Assembly: GCA_013239625.1 (NCBI GenBank)
Contig: MU053994.1
Coordinates: forward strand, 4,383,434-4,447,433
Direction of reading: 5' to 3'
Source: Lama guanicoe
Lineage: Eukaryota
Length of the DNA: 64,000 bases
The position numbers were made by a program, and so were the translations under genes. The notes beneath the pieces were generated by a model. It did not search any database. It had not been told where the DNA came from and saw only the letters and a list, made by a program, of their open reading frames with translations. The first letter of the stretch is position 1. Each line of letters begins with the position of its first letter. Shown piece after piece: positions 25,135 through 38,573 of the stretch.

Positions 25135-26124
25135 AATTTGAGGAATATAAGAAGGGACGCTGCACTAAAAAAATATCCCTACAACTTCTTGTGACACTCT
25201 TCACCATAGGAGTGTCATTACAGGGAATCCTTTTAATGTGCAATATCTTCAAGGAGAACGAGACTTGTTTCTACCAGTCACTCTTTAATGTAAACACAAA
25301 GTTGAATTTCTTCCTTTTTGACAGGTGACAAAAATCAAAGCACTGAAAAAAGAAGAATTTTTAAAGGGAAGTAAAAGAGGTTGGAACATCACTAGACCCT
25401 ATTTTAGAAGAACTGGACTGGTAGGGTGTCCTCGTTGGGAAATCACAATAGAGTTAGGTTTCTGACTCCAATCAGAGAGTCTAAAAAGGGATATAACAGG
25501 TACAGAGGGCAAACTCCATTTAGGATGCAAACTTTTCTCAAGTTATCCCAGGCAACCTTTCTTATACTAAGGTCTACCCATCCTATGTTCAGTGCTGAAA
25601 CAGACCAAAGCGTGTGTAAGTGGAAAATCTAGGGAAAAAGCAGCTGAGGTTTATTGTATTTTATAGTTTACTTGCACTGGATACAACAGACCTAGAAAGT
25701 TTAAACATGAAACAATAAAATTTCAAAAATTAAATTCATATTGTCAAGGTGAAAATCTAGTGAATTAACCTGTTGTGATACCAGTTTCTAAAAGAGGTCC
25801 TCTAAAGTGGTATTTCTTTGAGTTAACACTGCTGCTTGATTCTAAGGGGTAGAGAGTATGAGTGGGAAGTAGGGGGAAGGAGAAGAGGTGTCCAGGAGCT
25901 TACTCTACAAGCTACACTAGCCAGCTCCATTACCACACATATGCCAACTTCAGTGATGGAAACTGATGCAGACTGGTTAATAATTCAACAAATTGGATTC
26001 AGATGGGGTAATTCAGTAGATATTTATACATAAGCCAAGATCTGGTGTCTATATTTAGTTTCTACCCTCTTACCTTGGGGAACTGGTACAGCATGATTTG
26101 AATTGTCTTTAGTTCATTTTTGTT

Positions 26125-27165
26125 AAATAAACATTTTATTTTGAAATACTTTTAGATTTACAGAAAATTAGAGAGTACAGAGAATTCCTATATACCCCAC
26201 ACTCTGCTTCCTCTGTTATTAACATCTTGTGTTACTATGGTACATTTGTCACAATTAATGAATCAATATATATAGTATTACTAAATTTATTCATATTTTT
26301 GATCCAATATCCCTTTTCTGTTCCAGGATGCCATCCTGGACACTATATGACATGTAGTCATCATGCCTCCTTAGACTCCTCTTTGCTGTAACAGTTTCTA
26401 AGATTTTCCTTGTTTTTGATGACTTTGACAGTTTTGAGGAGTATTGGTCAGATATTTTGCAGTCCCTCAATTGGGATTTTTCTGATGTTTTTTCTGATGA
26501 TTGAACTCGGGTTATGTGTTTTGGGGAGGAAGACCACAGAGGTGAGGTGCCATTCTCATTACATCATATCAAGGGTGCATGTTGTCAACATAACTAATCA
26601 CTGTTGATGTTAACTTTGATCATCTGTCTGACACAGCATTTGCCATGTTTCTTCACTGTAAACTACTCTTTTTTTTATCTCCTCTCTTTCCATACTGTAC
26701 TCTTTAGAAGCAATTCATTAGGGGTAGCCTGTACTCAGGGAGTGAAGAGTTCTGTTCTGCCTCCTCAGTTGAGATAAAGTAGCTACATAAATTATTTGGA
26801 ATCCTTCTGCGTAGAAGATTTGTCTATTCTCTCTCATTTTTTTGTTTGTTCATTCAATCACTCATATCAGTATGGACTCATGTTTATTTTATACTTTGGA
26901 TTATAATGTGGCACCTCTTTATTTTATTGCTCAAATTGTTCCAGCTTTGGACATTGGTAGCTTTTTTCACCTGATTCCTGTGTCCCTTTGACATATCCCA
27001 TCATTATGGTTAGTTTTATTTGAGCACTTCCTTATTCTCTGGCATTACAAGATGCTCCTGGTTCCTCTTGTGTATTTCATGCCCCAGCCCTAGAATCACT
27101 CATTCTTCCAAGGAGCCATGGTTCCTTTTATTGAATAATGGTATTAGAAACTAAGAACTGAATTT
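26125..27165 (-). mobile_element. LINE-1 3'UTR (L1MC/MD-type)
   Basis: ttttagatttacagaaaa...ggtacatttgtcacaattaatgaa...ggggaggaagaccacagaggtgaggtgccattctcat...tccaaggagccatggttcctttt. Confidence 0.8.
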
Positions 27166-27354
27166 TTATTCTTGTTCTGAAGGACACTTTAAAGGAGTCT
27201 TTCCAGTTGACACGTTACTAGCAGCATTTACATTGCCTAGTTGTTATTATTTTTATTTAAGAAACACATTTTTAAGGACATGTGGTGAAGTTGGAAAATA
27301 GTTCTTTGGATGCTTAAGAAGTGAAAAATTATTGAGGATTTTAAGGAAAGTTTT

Positions 27355-27535
27355 TTTTTCTTTTTAAAATTTATTTATTTTCATTTTTTGTAGAGTTTCT
27401 TACATTTCTCCTTTAAATCATCACTTTAGTTTCTTCAATCTTTCACTTTTTTTTCAGTGGAGGTACTAGGGATTGAACCCAGGACCTCAGGCATGCTAAG
27501 CATGCACTCTACCACTGAGCTATTACCCTCCCCAC
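27355..27535 (-). mobile_element. Camelid tRNA-Ala-derived SINE (vic-1 head) with an atypical 3' tail
   Basis: ggaggtactagggattgaacccaggacctc...ccactgagcta is the antisense head; TSD ttaaggaaagtttt at 27341-27354 and 27536-27549. Confidence 0.9.
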
Positions 27536-27929
27536 TTAAGGAAAGTTTTAATTTCATTTTAATATATCTAAACAAGAATTTGAGAAGTTGAATAAGGATT
27601 GAAGAGAAAAGGGGGGGGGGTGAAATGTCTGGGAAATGATATGTAGGTGTTTGATTGATTGATTGATTGATTTTACTAGTATGTTGTTGGCCTGTGCAGT
27701 ATATAAAAAAAAAAGAAACACACTCCTTTAGTTGAAAGTAAATGCTGAGCCTCCCACAGGGTGATGAAGTGATGTTTCTATTCCTAAATTCTAGTATTTC
27801 AGTGGCAGCACCAGGCTATTTATAGGTCAGCCCTAAGAGTCCCAAACTGGATGGGAAAGTGCTAGGAGACATTTCTTCGATTGTGAAGACATTCATTTAT
27901 CTTTATCAAATATGTGAGCAGGGGACTTA

Positions 27930-28123
27930 CGAATCATCTTTACCCTTTTACTGGTTGTATAACTATGGACAAGTTGTTTGGACTCTCTAGACTCACTTCC
28001 TCATCTGCAGAAATGTAGGCACAATAATACCTACCTCTGTGAGGATCAAAAAATAAAATAAAATGTATTAAAACACTCAGAAAAACACATAGCATAAAAT
28101 AGATGCTAATAGATGCTTGCTAT
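27930..28123 (+). mobile_element. MIR SINE
   Basis: ggacaagttg...ttcctcatctgcagaaatg...aataatacctacctctgtgaggat. Confidence 0.8.
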
Positions 28124-29873
28124 CTTTCAGTGAATGAAGGGAGGCTTTTGGTCCCACTGGCCTCCAGGCACACCAGAGCATCCTAGAAGCTACTGTTGGT
28201 CTTGAGCATCATAATAGGAGATTTAAGCATAAGTGAGATGAATCCCAACACCCCACTTGTTTCTATTAATGAAATCTCTTTTAGGTGGGAGGAGTTGGGG
28301 GTTTAGGGGACTGTATCTTAGAAAAATCACATTTCATAGTGTAGTCAAAACATTTCCAAAATAATCGGGAATCTGACTTGAAAGTCTGGGTATTAACTCA
28401 GCACTCCTTTTTCTTCCCTTTCAGAGGGAGAACAGATTCCCAAGATGAGTTTATTGCTTTCACTTGCCTCATGCAATATCCCTAGAGACATATTTTCACA
28501 GTCTGGAAGCAGACCCATTACTACACTGCAGTGGAGTGGGGGAAGGAGGAGAAGGAAAGAGGACAGTTCTTTGTCACTAACTGCTTGATCGATTACAAAT
28601 GATCATGGTGAACTGCTGTTAGGGAGTGTTCATTAAGAAGATGACTATGTCCTTTATGATAAAGGTAATTTTAGTTTGAATTTTCCAATAACGCATTTGA
28701 GCAATTCCATCCCCCCTCGAAATCACCTTAGCTGAGAAGTCTTACTGTGTTAAGAACCACAAGACTGCTAAAGAAAAAAGGTCTTTAATATTTAATAATA
28801 GGCAGGCTGTAGCTTTTAAGCACACACTGTCATCCTGCCTAAACGCAGGCCCTATAACCCAGGAAAGCAAATAACACGTGGCTGCTAGTCCCTCTGCTTT
28901 TCTTTGTAAAATATTTCTGTGAAATTATCCCCATCGTAAGACTGAAGGCACTGCCCAGAAATAAGGTGGCATGGAAGGAGCGCGGTCTAGGAGTAATAGA
29001 GCTAATCTCCATTCTAGCAATACCCTAACCTTGCAATCGGGGTAAATTACTTCTCTTGATACGGTTTTCTAATTCTGAGATGTAATCAGGACTAACCCCC
29101 CAAACTAATGGCTTTCAACCCTGAATCCACGCCTGTATTCAATATGCCACTCTATCACTATTTTATAGCTATTTCAATTTCTTGTTCCTTCATCCAAAAC
29201 ACTTCATTTTTCCCTCTGTTACAGCTCTAATCATGCACACACAGTAGTATAGTCATTTAAACATGACAAGGAAATTGTTTGCTTGCCTTGTTATTTCTAC
29301 CATTTTGCATAGTATTCCATATATTGTAAGTACTCAATTACTGCTCACTGAATTGATGAACTCTATGCTTGTAACTTTTTTCTGCAAGTCTTAAAATTAA
29401 AATTTGTGTTTACACCCACAGAGAAAATAGTGTGCATCGTGGCGCTCCACACACTCTTGCCTTGCTTGATTCTCTATCGCTACTTGTCAGCCATTTTGGC
29501 AATGTGTGCTTGAGTAACCCCTGTCTCTCTAGGTCACAACGCATGATTCTGGAGAGGACTTTTAGTCATGTGCATAAGAGTAGCAATTATGACAATACTC
29601 ACTGGATTGAAACACTGCACCAGAAAAGTCTCTAGGACCTCGAGCCATCCTCTACCCAAGTCCCCTCTTCCCCCACCTCCCCTCACTGAATCAGTATAGG
29701 CTCATGACTTCTTATTGGCCTTTACCATTTTCCTATTGCATCTATTGGTGCCACATCTTTCTGAACTTAGGAGGTTTTAATTGTCAGGTGTTACACTAGG
29801 GTTTGTCATCATCTTCACTGCCAGTATGGACCTAGTGTCCCTGGGCCCTTTGCTGCTCTGTGCTCCTCCACCT

Positions 29874-29875
<2 letters not shown>

Positions 29876-29914
<39 letters not shown>
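29876..29914. repeat. Perfect (AC)n microsatellite, about 19 units
   Basis: Directly visible. Confidence 0.97.
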
Positions 29915-29921
<7 letters not shown>

Positions 29922-31278
29922 TGCTCTCAATTGGGAGGGCTTTCTTACCAACAGCATTACAGCTCTTTTAATTAAGAGTTTGCTTTCCCAATTTTATGCA
30001 CATCTCGCCCTCCTATAGAGACATAGATCAGCTCTCTTACGATAAGTTAGGAGATTTGAGCATGTCATCTGATACTTCACCCAAAGCTGGTATCCCTTAC
30101 CAGTACTGAGGCATAGAAACTGGATCCATCCATTATTCCCTACTTCAAAGTGTGTGAACTGTCTTCTCAGGACCCTCACTCATGTTTGAGCCTTAAATCC
30201 AAGGTCTAAGGATGAGGCCATCAGTCCGAAGTCCCTTGAAGTTTCTTTTCCTTTGGCTCATCAAAATATTACTCAAAAGGACTCCTGTCACTCTGCCTAG
30301 GTATGAGCCAACTCTATAGAGTCATGCGAGCACATCTCTCCCCAACCCCACAGTCTCCAAAACATTCTCTGCAAGTTTTCCACCTTCCCTAAATCACTTT
30401 TAAAAACAACTGTATAGTACATATTTTCAAAACTCAAGCTCAGATTTGCACAGTTAAGTTTTCTTCAGAGAATATTTTTAAAAGGTTTTAAGCTATTTAG
30501 ATGCAACCTGAAATGTCAAAATCCTTCTATGCTTTAAAAAAATACTCACAATGTTCCTTTCAACTCTAAAAATCAGAACCTTAGTGCTAGATGTTAATGA
30601 TTTACAGGCTGTTTCTGCCATTTTCTCTGAAACAAATTCCTTTCCTCTTTCCACCCTCCAATCATCGATCTTTGGCCTCAGTCCCTTCATTTTTGACTTA
30701 AAGATTTTTAATATAACCTTATTCCAAAAGTCCAAAGGGAAGCCGCTGACAAGCCAAAGAAATCTGAATGGGGAACATGTAACATGTCACTATGATTAAG
30801 GCTTCTTGTTAATGCTGGAGGCAAATCTCAGTAGGCAAGATATAGAAAACCAGCCGGTTAAGTAGAAGTCCCATTACTGGTCTCTCTGTGATCATACAAA
30901 CCATCTTGGGACTGTTCTCTGACCATTTTCTGTTCCTCTCCCTCCATTGTCTGTGATGTATAAATGCATAGGGCCTGGCCCTGACAAACAGCAAATAGAG
31001 TAGTCTGTTTCTGCCTCAGTAAGCATGAAGAGAAGAAGGCATGGCTTTTCAGTGCATGATGAACCGCCTCCCTAAAGGAGGAAGGTGGAAAACTAATACG
31101 GGGACCAGACTTTTACTTGGATCCAAATATTTATTAATACAACAGACATCTGTGTCACCACAATGCTTCTGGAGAGCAAATCCACTTCTTCCCAAGATGC
31201 TGAATGCGATGTTTTTCAATGTTGGGTACTGGCCAGCCTCTCTGGTGTTTTTTCCTTGACTGTGGACTCAACTGCATA

Positions 31279-31905
31279 GAATCAATTCTCATTATTCACA
31301 GTACTATGAAGTTGCCATGAACTCTGAATTAGTGAATATTGAACTACTGCTACTAGGAGAAACAGGATTAAGTTTCTGAGGGCCTTTGGTCACATTTTTG
31401 TCCATTGATCAGTATCTAACCTTGTTTTTTTGTGTGTTTACTTTAAAGATAGATTCTTTTATACATGGTGATCTACTAATACTGAGCTTATGGCCAGCAG
31501 CACTATAACTCATGTCTGGGCAAAGCATAGCCAATGCTCATATTTTCTCTGTAAGACACATCACAACTTTCTTGGACTCAGGAGCACTAAACAGCACTTC
31601 AGCATGTTGCTTGAGGGCCATTTTAAAATTAAAATCACCAACAAGTAACACAAAAATATGAAAAATACGGCACTAAATAAACTGTGAAAAGGAGATTTAT
31701 TTACAGTCTGAGAGCTAAAACAAGAAAGCAGAGAGTCATCTTGTTAGACCTCAGCTGCGAACCTGAGTATCAAGAGTTCACCACTCTGTACATGTCCACG
31801 AATGACTGTGAAAGTGTCACAATTATTGATTTGGGGGCTACAAATAAATTTTAGTGGGGAGGTAAATTTGTAAATATGGAAGCTGGGAATAATGAGGACT
31901 CGCTG
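31279..31905 (-). mobile_element. MER82-like TcMar-Tigger non-autonomous DNA transposon
   Basis: Degenerate TIRs (gaatcaattctcattattc ... gaataatgaggactcgctg) flanked by TA; internal tattgatttgggggctacaaataaattttag matches recalled MER82. Confidence 0.75.
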
Positions 31906-32204
31906 TATAATTATTGTATAAATGCAAGCATACAAATTTCAACCAAGTACATGCAGTGCTGTTTGAAGCAGAGGGAATGTGAGAAAATAACAGCAAGCTA
32001 GCTCATGGGAACACATTTATAGTTTTATTGCTATCAGCAGCCAAGGAAGAAAACTCCACACCTACAGTGGTTAATGATAAAGGTTTGTATTTAAATGTAA
32101 GCCTTAGACACTTAATACTTAGCTTATTCATTAATTTTCTGCACTCTGAAAAATATGGGTGAACTGAAGCAACCATTGAAAGATGAGTGGCCTCTAATAT
32201 GTCA

Positions 32205-32436
32205 TAATAATGGTATTTATCATTTAATGGTTGCTTGTTATGTCAAGAATTATTATGCTAATCATTGTAATCATTTAATTTGTACAATGATCCTGCGGGA
32301 CAAGTAGTAGCATCCCCATTTTATATTAGAGGAATTTGCTCCTTAGAGATAAATAAAAAATGTATGAGGCCATAAAATTAGTAAGCAAAATATTCACAAT
32401 TGAAATCTAGGTGTTTCTGATTCCAAAAACCCATAC
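32205..32436 (-). mobile_element. MIR SINE, split by the adjacent L1 and resuming at about 33950
   Basis: ccccattttatattagaggaa...ttgaaatctaggtgtttctgattccaaaaaccca matches antisense MIR. Confidence 0.75.
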
Positions 32437-33949
32437 TTTTTTATTTTTTTAATTGAAATATAGTTGATTTACAATGTTGTGTTAGTTTCAGGTATACAGC
32501 AAAGTGACTCAGTTTTGTGTGTGTGTGTATGTATGTGTATATATATATAGTAAAATATATATATTATTTTTCAGATTCTTTTCCATTATAATTACAAAAT
32601 TGAATATACTTCCCTGTGCTATATGGCAGGTCCTTGTTGTTTATTTATTTTATATATAGTAATGCACATGTTAATTGCAGGCTCCTAATTTATCCCTCTC
32701 CATCCCTTCCTCATTGGTAACCATAGATTGTTTTCTGTGAATCTACTTCTGTTTTGTAAGTTAATTTGTGTCATTTTTTTTAGATTCCACATATAAGTGC
32801 TATCATATATTTGTCTTTCTCTGTTTGACTTACTTTACTTAATATGATAATCTCTAGGTTCATCCAAGTTGCTGCAAATGGCATTATTTTATCATTTTTT
32901 ATGGCTGAGTAGTATTTCATTGTATATATATATATATATACCACAGCTTCTTTATCCAGTCCTCTGTTGATGGACATTTAGGCTGTTTCCATGTCCTGGC
33001 AAATTCATCTGTCAATGGGTATTTAGGTTGCTTCCATGTCTTGGTTATTGTAAGTAGTGCTGCTATGAATATTGCGGTGCATGTATCTCTTTGAATTAGA
33101 GTTTTCTCTGGATATATATGCCCTGGAGTGGAACAAATGGTAACTATTTTTAGTTTTTTAAGGAACCTCCATACTGCTCTCTATGGTGGCTGGACCAATT
33201 TACATTGCCACCAGCAGTGTAGGAGGGTTCCTTTTTCTCCACATCCTTTACAGCATTTATTTGTAGACTTTTTGATGATGGCCATTCTGTGTGGTTATAC
33301 CTCATGGCAGTTTTAATTTGCATTGCTCTAATAATTAGAGATGCTGAGCATCTTTTCATGTGCCTGTTGGCCATCTGTATGTTTTCTTTGGAGAAATGTT
33401 TCTTTAGGTCTTCTGTCCATTTTTTATTGTTTTTTTTTTAATATTGAGCTGTATGAGTTGTTTGTATATTTTGGAAATTAATTCCTTGTCCTTGCATCAT
33501 TTGCAAATATTTTCTCCCAGTCCATAGGTTGTCTTTTCATTTTGTTTATCGTTTCCTTTGCTATGCAAAAGCTTTTAAGTTTAATTAGGTCCAATTTGTT
33601 TATTTTTGTTTTTATTTCCATTACTCCAGTAGACAGATCCAAAATATTGCTGTGATTTATGTCAAAGAGTGTTCTGCCTACGTTTTCCTCTAGGAGTTTT
33701 AGAGTATCTGATCTTACATTTAAGTCTTTAATCCATTTTGAGTTTGTTTTTGTATATGGTGTTAGAGAATGTTCTAATTTCTCTTTTTACATGTAGCTGT
33801 CCAGTTTTCTCAGCACCACTTATTGAAGAGACTGTCTTTTCTGCATTGTATATTCTTGCCTCCTTTGCTGTAGAATAATTGATCATAAGTGCATGGGTTT
33901 ATTTCTGAATTGTCTATCCTGTTCCACTGATGTATATGTCTGTTTTTGT
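32437..33949 (-). mobile_element. 5'-truncated LINE-1 (ORF2 C-terminal region and 3'UTR)
   Basis: Minus ORFs [26 protein letters not shown] and [37 protein letters not shown]-rich tail at about 32437. Confidence 0.92.
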
Positions 33950-33995
33950 TTAACCATAGCACACATGTAATATAGCTTCAAAACAGCATACTCTT

Positions 33996-34198
33996 TTTTT
34001 ATTGTTTGCTTTCTGACTTTTTATTAATTGCAGTATAGTTGATTTGCAATGCTTCAGATGTACAGCAAAGTGATTCAGTTTTATATATATTCTTTTTCAG
34101 ATTCTTTTCCACTGTAGACTATTACAAGATATTGAATATAGTTCCCTGTGCTATATAGTAGGTCCTTGTTGTTTATCTATTTTATATATAGTAGTGTG
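33996..34198 (-). mobile_element. Severely 5'-truncated LINE-1 3'UTR insertion
   Basis: Similar to 32450-32660; 17-bp TSD caaa(ac/gt)agcatactctt at 33979-33995 and 34199-34215. Confidence 0.85.
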
Positions 34199-34219
34199 CA
34201 AAGTAGCATACTCTTACAT

Positions 34220-37200
34220 GAAACACATTTACCAACTGGAGTACAATATTTATATGCAATTCTTTTTGTTTTTAGCCTTCAAATAACCAATCAAAATATA
34301 TCCTGGTTGTTATTTTTATACTTGCATATAGTAATGTTCATGCTTTGTGCTGTACATTTCCATGAGGTCTGACAAATACATAGGGTCATGTATTGACTAC
34401 TACAGTACCGTATACAACAGTTACATCACTCTAAGAATTCACTTGCAGTTGCTCATTTTTAACTGGGTTCTTTGTTTTCTTATTCTTATGTTTTGAGTAT
34501 ATATTTTGGATTCAAGTCCTTTAATAGATATATGCCTTGAGTATATTTTCCCCAGTCTGTCATCTGCATTTCCATTCACTTAACAGTGCCTTTCTAAAAG
34601 TAGGTTTTAATTTTGATGAAGTTTATCATTTATTTCTTTTATAGATCATGTTTTTGATATCATATTTAAGAAATGTTTGCCTAACCCAAGGTCACAAAGA
34701 CTTTCTCTTTTATAGTTTTAGGTTTTTCATTATGGTCTATGAGCATATCTATTCTTTCAGCAACATTTATTTACAAGAGTACCTTTTCTCTACTTAAATA
34801 CCTCTGTATTTCTTTTTTCAAAAATTAGTTGTCCAAACATGTGTAGGTCTACATATGAATTCATTATCCTATTCCACTGATCCAGTTGTCTATATTGACA
34901 CCAATACCATACCATCTTGACTACTACAGCTTTATAAAAAACCTCAAAATGAGGTAGTGTGAGCCCTCTAATTTCTCTTTTTTTTCAAAGAGATTTTGCC
35001 TATTCTAAATCCTTTGAATTACCATTTTAATTTTAGGATTAGCTTGCAAATTTTATAAAATGGTCCACTGGAAGTTTGACAGGGATCATATTGAATCTAT
35101 AGATAATTTGGGGAGGGTTGAAATACTAATACTGAGTCTTTCAGTGTATAAATAAGTTATATCTATCTCTCCATTTATTTAGGTCTAGAATTTCTCCCAC
35201 CAACATTTTGCAGGTTTAAGTGTATAGGTCTTGCAAACTTTTGGCAGATTTATTCTGAAGTGTTTATTATTTTTATATTACTTTTATAAATTATTATTTT
35301 TAAAATTCTAAATTCTGATTATTCACTGCTAGTACACAGAAATAAAACTGATTCATATGTACTGATCTTGTATTCTAGAACTTGCTAAATTCACTTATTA
35401 GTTTTAATGGGTTTTTTTTTTTGTAGATGCCATTGGGTTTTCTACATAGATGATCATGTTATCTGTGAATACAATATCGATTCTTCTTTTTCAATATGTG
35501 TGCCTTTTATTTCTCTTGTCTGACTGCACAGCAGAGAACCCTCAGTGCAGTTTTAAATAAAATGGTGAGAGAAGATGTCCCATCTTTTTGCTGATGGTAA
35601 GTGAAAGGAAGGAATTCAGTATTTCACCACTAAATATGATGTTAGCTGTAGATTATTCATAGACGTCATTTGTCAGTTTGAAGTTTCTTTCCAGTCCTAA
35701 TTTTCTGAAAGCTTTATCAAGAATGGACATTAGATTTTGTTAAATGCTTTTATTGTGTCTGCATATATGGCTTTTATATTTTCAGCTTGTTAGTATGGTG
35801 AATTCTATTAATTAATTTTCAAATATTAAGCCAACCTTGCATTCTTAGGATATACCTAACTTGGTCATAAGGTACTATTGTTTTTACATATTGTTGAATT
35901 CTGCTTGCTAAAATTTTATTTAGAATGTTTACGTATATGTTTATTGAGAGTGTGCCTCTGTTGTCTTTTGTTGATTTGTTTTTGTTTTTTCTGCAATGTC
36001 TTCATCTGGTTTTGGTATTACAGTAACACTAGAAACATACAATGAGTTGAGAAGCATGCCTTCTACTTAAATATTCCAAAAGCATTTGTGTATGACTGGT
36101 TTTACTTCTTCATTATCTACTTGATAGAATTAACCAGTGAAACCATTTGGGCTTTGAGTTTTCTTTGTGGTAAGTTTTTGAATCAGAAATTCAACATATT
36201 TAATAAATACAGAGCTATTCCAATTATATTTTCCTTCTTGAATGAGCTTTAGTAGTTTGTGTCTTTCATGGAATTTTTCCATTTCATCTAAATTGAGAAA
36301 ATTATAAGCATAAAGTTGTTCACAATATTCCTTTATTATTCTTCAAAAATCTGTAGATTGTATAGTGATCTAACTACTCTCATTTCTGATATTGGTAAGT
36401 TATGTCTTCATATTTTTTTCCTGAATGGCCTGTTTAGAGGTATCAATTTTATTTGTCTCAGAAAAAAAAACCCTTTTGGTTTCATCAATTTTATCTATTG
36501 TTTCTATTTCAAGTTCATTGGTTTCTTCTCTAATATTTTATTTCTTCTATTTATGTTGAGTTTTTTGTTCTTTTTCTAATATTCTAAGGTGGGCACTGAA
36601 GTCACAGATTTGAAAATGTTTCCTCTTCTAATGTAAACATTTGGTACTGTAAATGTCTTCCTCAGTGCTGCTTTAGTGACATTCAACAAATTTGTATCCA
36701 TTTTGTTTTGATTTTCGTTCAATTCAATATACTTTTTAATTTCTCTTTTTATATTTGTTTGAAGCATGGGTTCTTTCAAAGTGTGTTATTTTGTTTCCGA
36801 ATATTTGGAGTTATTCCAGAGATCTCTCTGATATTGATTTTGAATTCAATTCCCTTGTGGTCAGAGAATATGCTTTATATAAATTGAAACTTTTAAAATG
36901 TACCAAGACTTTTTTCATGGACTGGAAAATAATTTATCTTGATAAATGTTCCATGTGAAAATGAAAAAAATATTACTTGGAAACAACATGATCTTTTGGG
37001 CCTTGTTTTTGATTTATAATGCAATTCCAGAGCAGAAACCAGTCTGAGGCTGATTATTCCCCACCACTGAGTCAAGATCTTCTTGAGTACTTTACCTAAT
37101 GTTCTATGAATTATAAATTTTCTAGTCTGACTGACAGCACTATTCTTGGCCCCTGTGTGAACACTAGGCATTGTTTTAATTCTTTTGGATGGTCCTTGAC

Positions 37201-37640
37201 CAGTCTTCGATAGTTTCCCCACACACATGTGTTTATCAGTACTCTGCTGAATAACTGGGATTGGCCCTCCGTAGATGTCTGAAAGTTCTCTTTATTCCCA
37301 TTTCTTTCTGCTTTTGTATTTCGTCTTGTGAGTTTTATCTGTCTCCATGTACCTAGAGAGTTGGATTCATCACTAAAATTCAGAGTCTGCCAGGCTCTAT
37401 CTCAGTTTCCCCTTTCTTTACCATGGCCTGGATATTCTCTGAAGGCAATAAACTGAGGGAATCTTAGGGCTCACTTTGTGTGTTTCCCATCTCTCAAGGA
37501 TCACTATCCTCCATTGCTTGTTATCCAGTGTCTTTAAAAGTTTTGTTTCATTTATTTTTTTCTAACTTTTGGGTTATTTCAGATGGTAGAGTAAATTTAG
37601 TCCCCGTAATGCTAGCTTGACTAAAAGCAGAAGTTTCCCT
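34220..37640 (-). mobile_element. Old LINE-1 remnant (L1M/MC-type) with ORF2 fragments and 5' region
   Basis: Minus ORF REIKKYIELNENQNKMDTNLLNVTKAALRKTF (ORF2p) plus long collinear antisense L1 tracts. Confidence 0.8.
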
Positions 37641-38172
37641 TTCTGCAGTATAAAATTGTGGTTTTAAACAAAGAGTTGAGTTTTCTGTATGTCCTATATC
37701 AAGAAGAAAATCTAAACAAAATTACCTGATTTAACATGCTGCTAATCACCTTTTCTATAATATTAAGAAGAATTTCTTTAAAAGCACTTTCCAAGATTTG
37801 GTCATTTTCTGTAGATTCAGATTAATAGAATAAAATTACTTACTCAGATGAACAACTTGCTTGAGTTGGATGAGATCATATGTCTATTTTTAGCTGAGAT
37901 TTAGCGTCTGCTTGCAAGCAAGGATAAATCTTCCTGAGCAGAGGTACTGGCATCTGTCTGCTCTGTTCAGTTCTATGAAAGGTAACAATTCCCTGTCATG
38001 GTATAATTTACATTCCATACTTTCATTTAGAAAAAAAAAAAGGGTAAAGAGCTCCTTTCTGAGCCAGATTTTCTCAGAAACATCATAATCACAGTTATAG
38101 GGCCTTTCTTCCTTTCATGGAAACCTAAGAACTATAGAAAATGTTTTGCTCAAAATCAGCATCCATACCCAT

Positions 38173-38573
38173 TGTTATGAACTTAGTGTTTGCTTGCCCC
38201 CCAAATCCATATGTGGAAGCCCTAACCCTGCAGTGGGATGATATTTGGAGGCAAGAACTTTGGGAGGCTATTAGGTTTAGATTAGGTCACAAGAGTGGTA
38301 TCCTCATGATGAGATTGGTATCCTTATAAAAAGAGGAAGAGACAGAGAGATATCTCTCTCTCTCTCCAAGAGCACAAGCTGAGGAAAGGCCATGTGAGGA
38401 TCTAGCAGGAAGGCAGCTGTCTGCAGCACAGAAGGTGGGTTTGCATCAGACACTGAATCTACCAGCACCTTGGTATGAGATTTCCTAGACTCCAGAACTG
38501 TGAGAAATAAATGTTTGTTGTTTAAACCACTCTATGATGTTTTGTTTTAGCAGCCCAAGCAGACTAAGAGACA
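38173..38573 (+). mobile_element. MaLR solo LTR (MLT1A-like)
   Basis: tgttatg...ccaaatccatatgtggaagccctaaccc...ctccagaactgtgagaaataaatgtttgttgtttaaacc...gactaagagaca with TG...CA ends. Confidence 0.88.
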
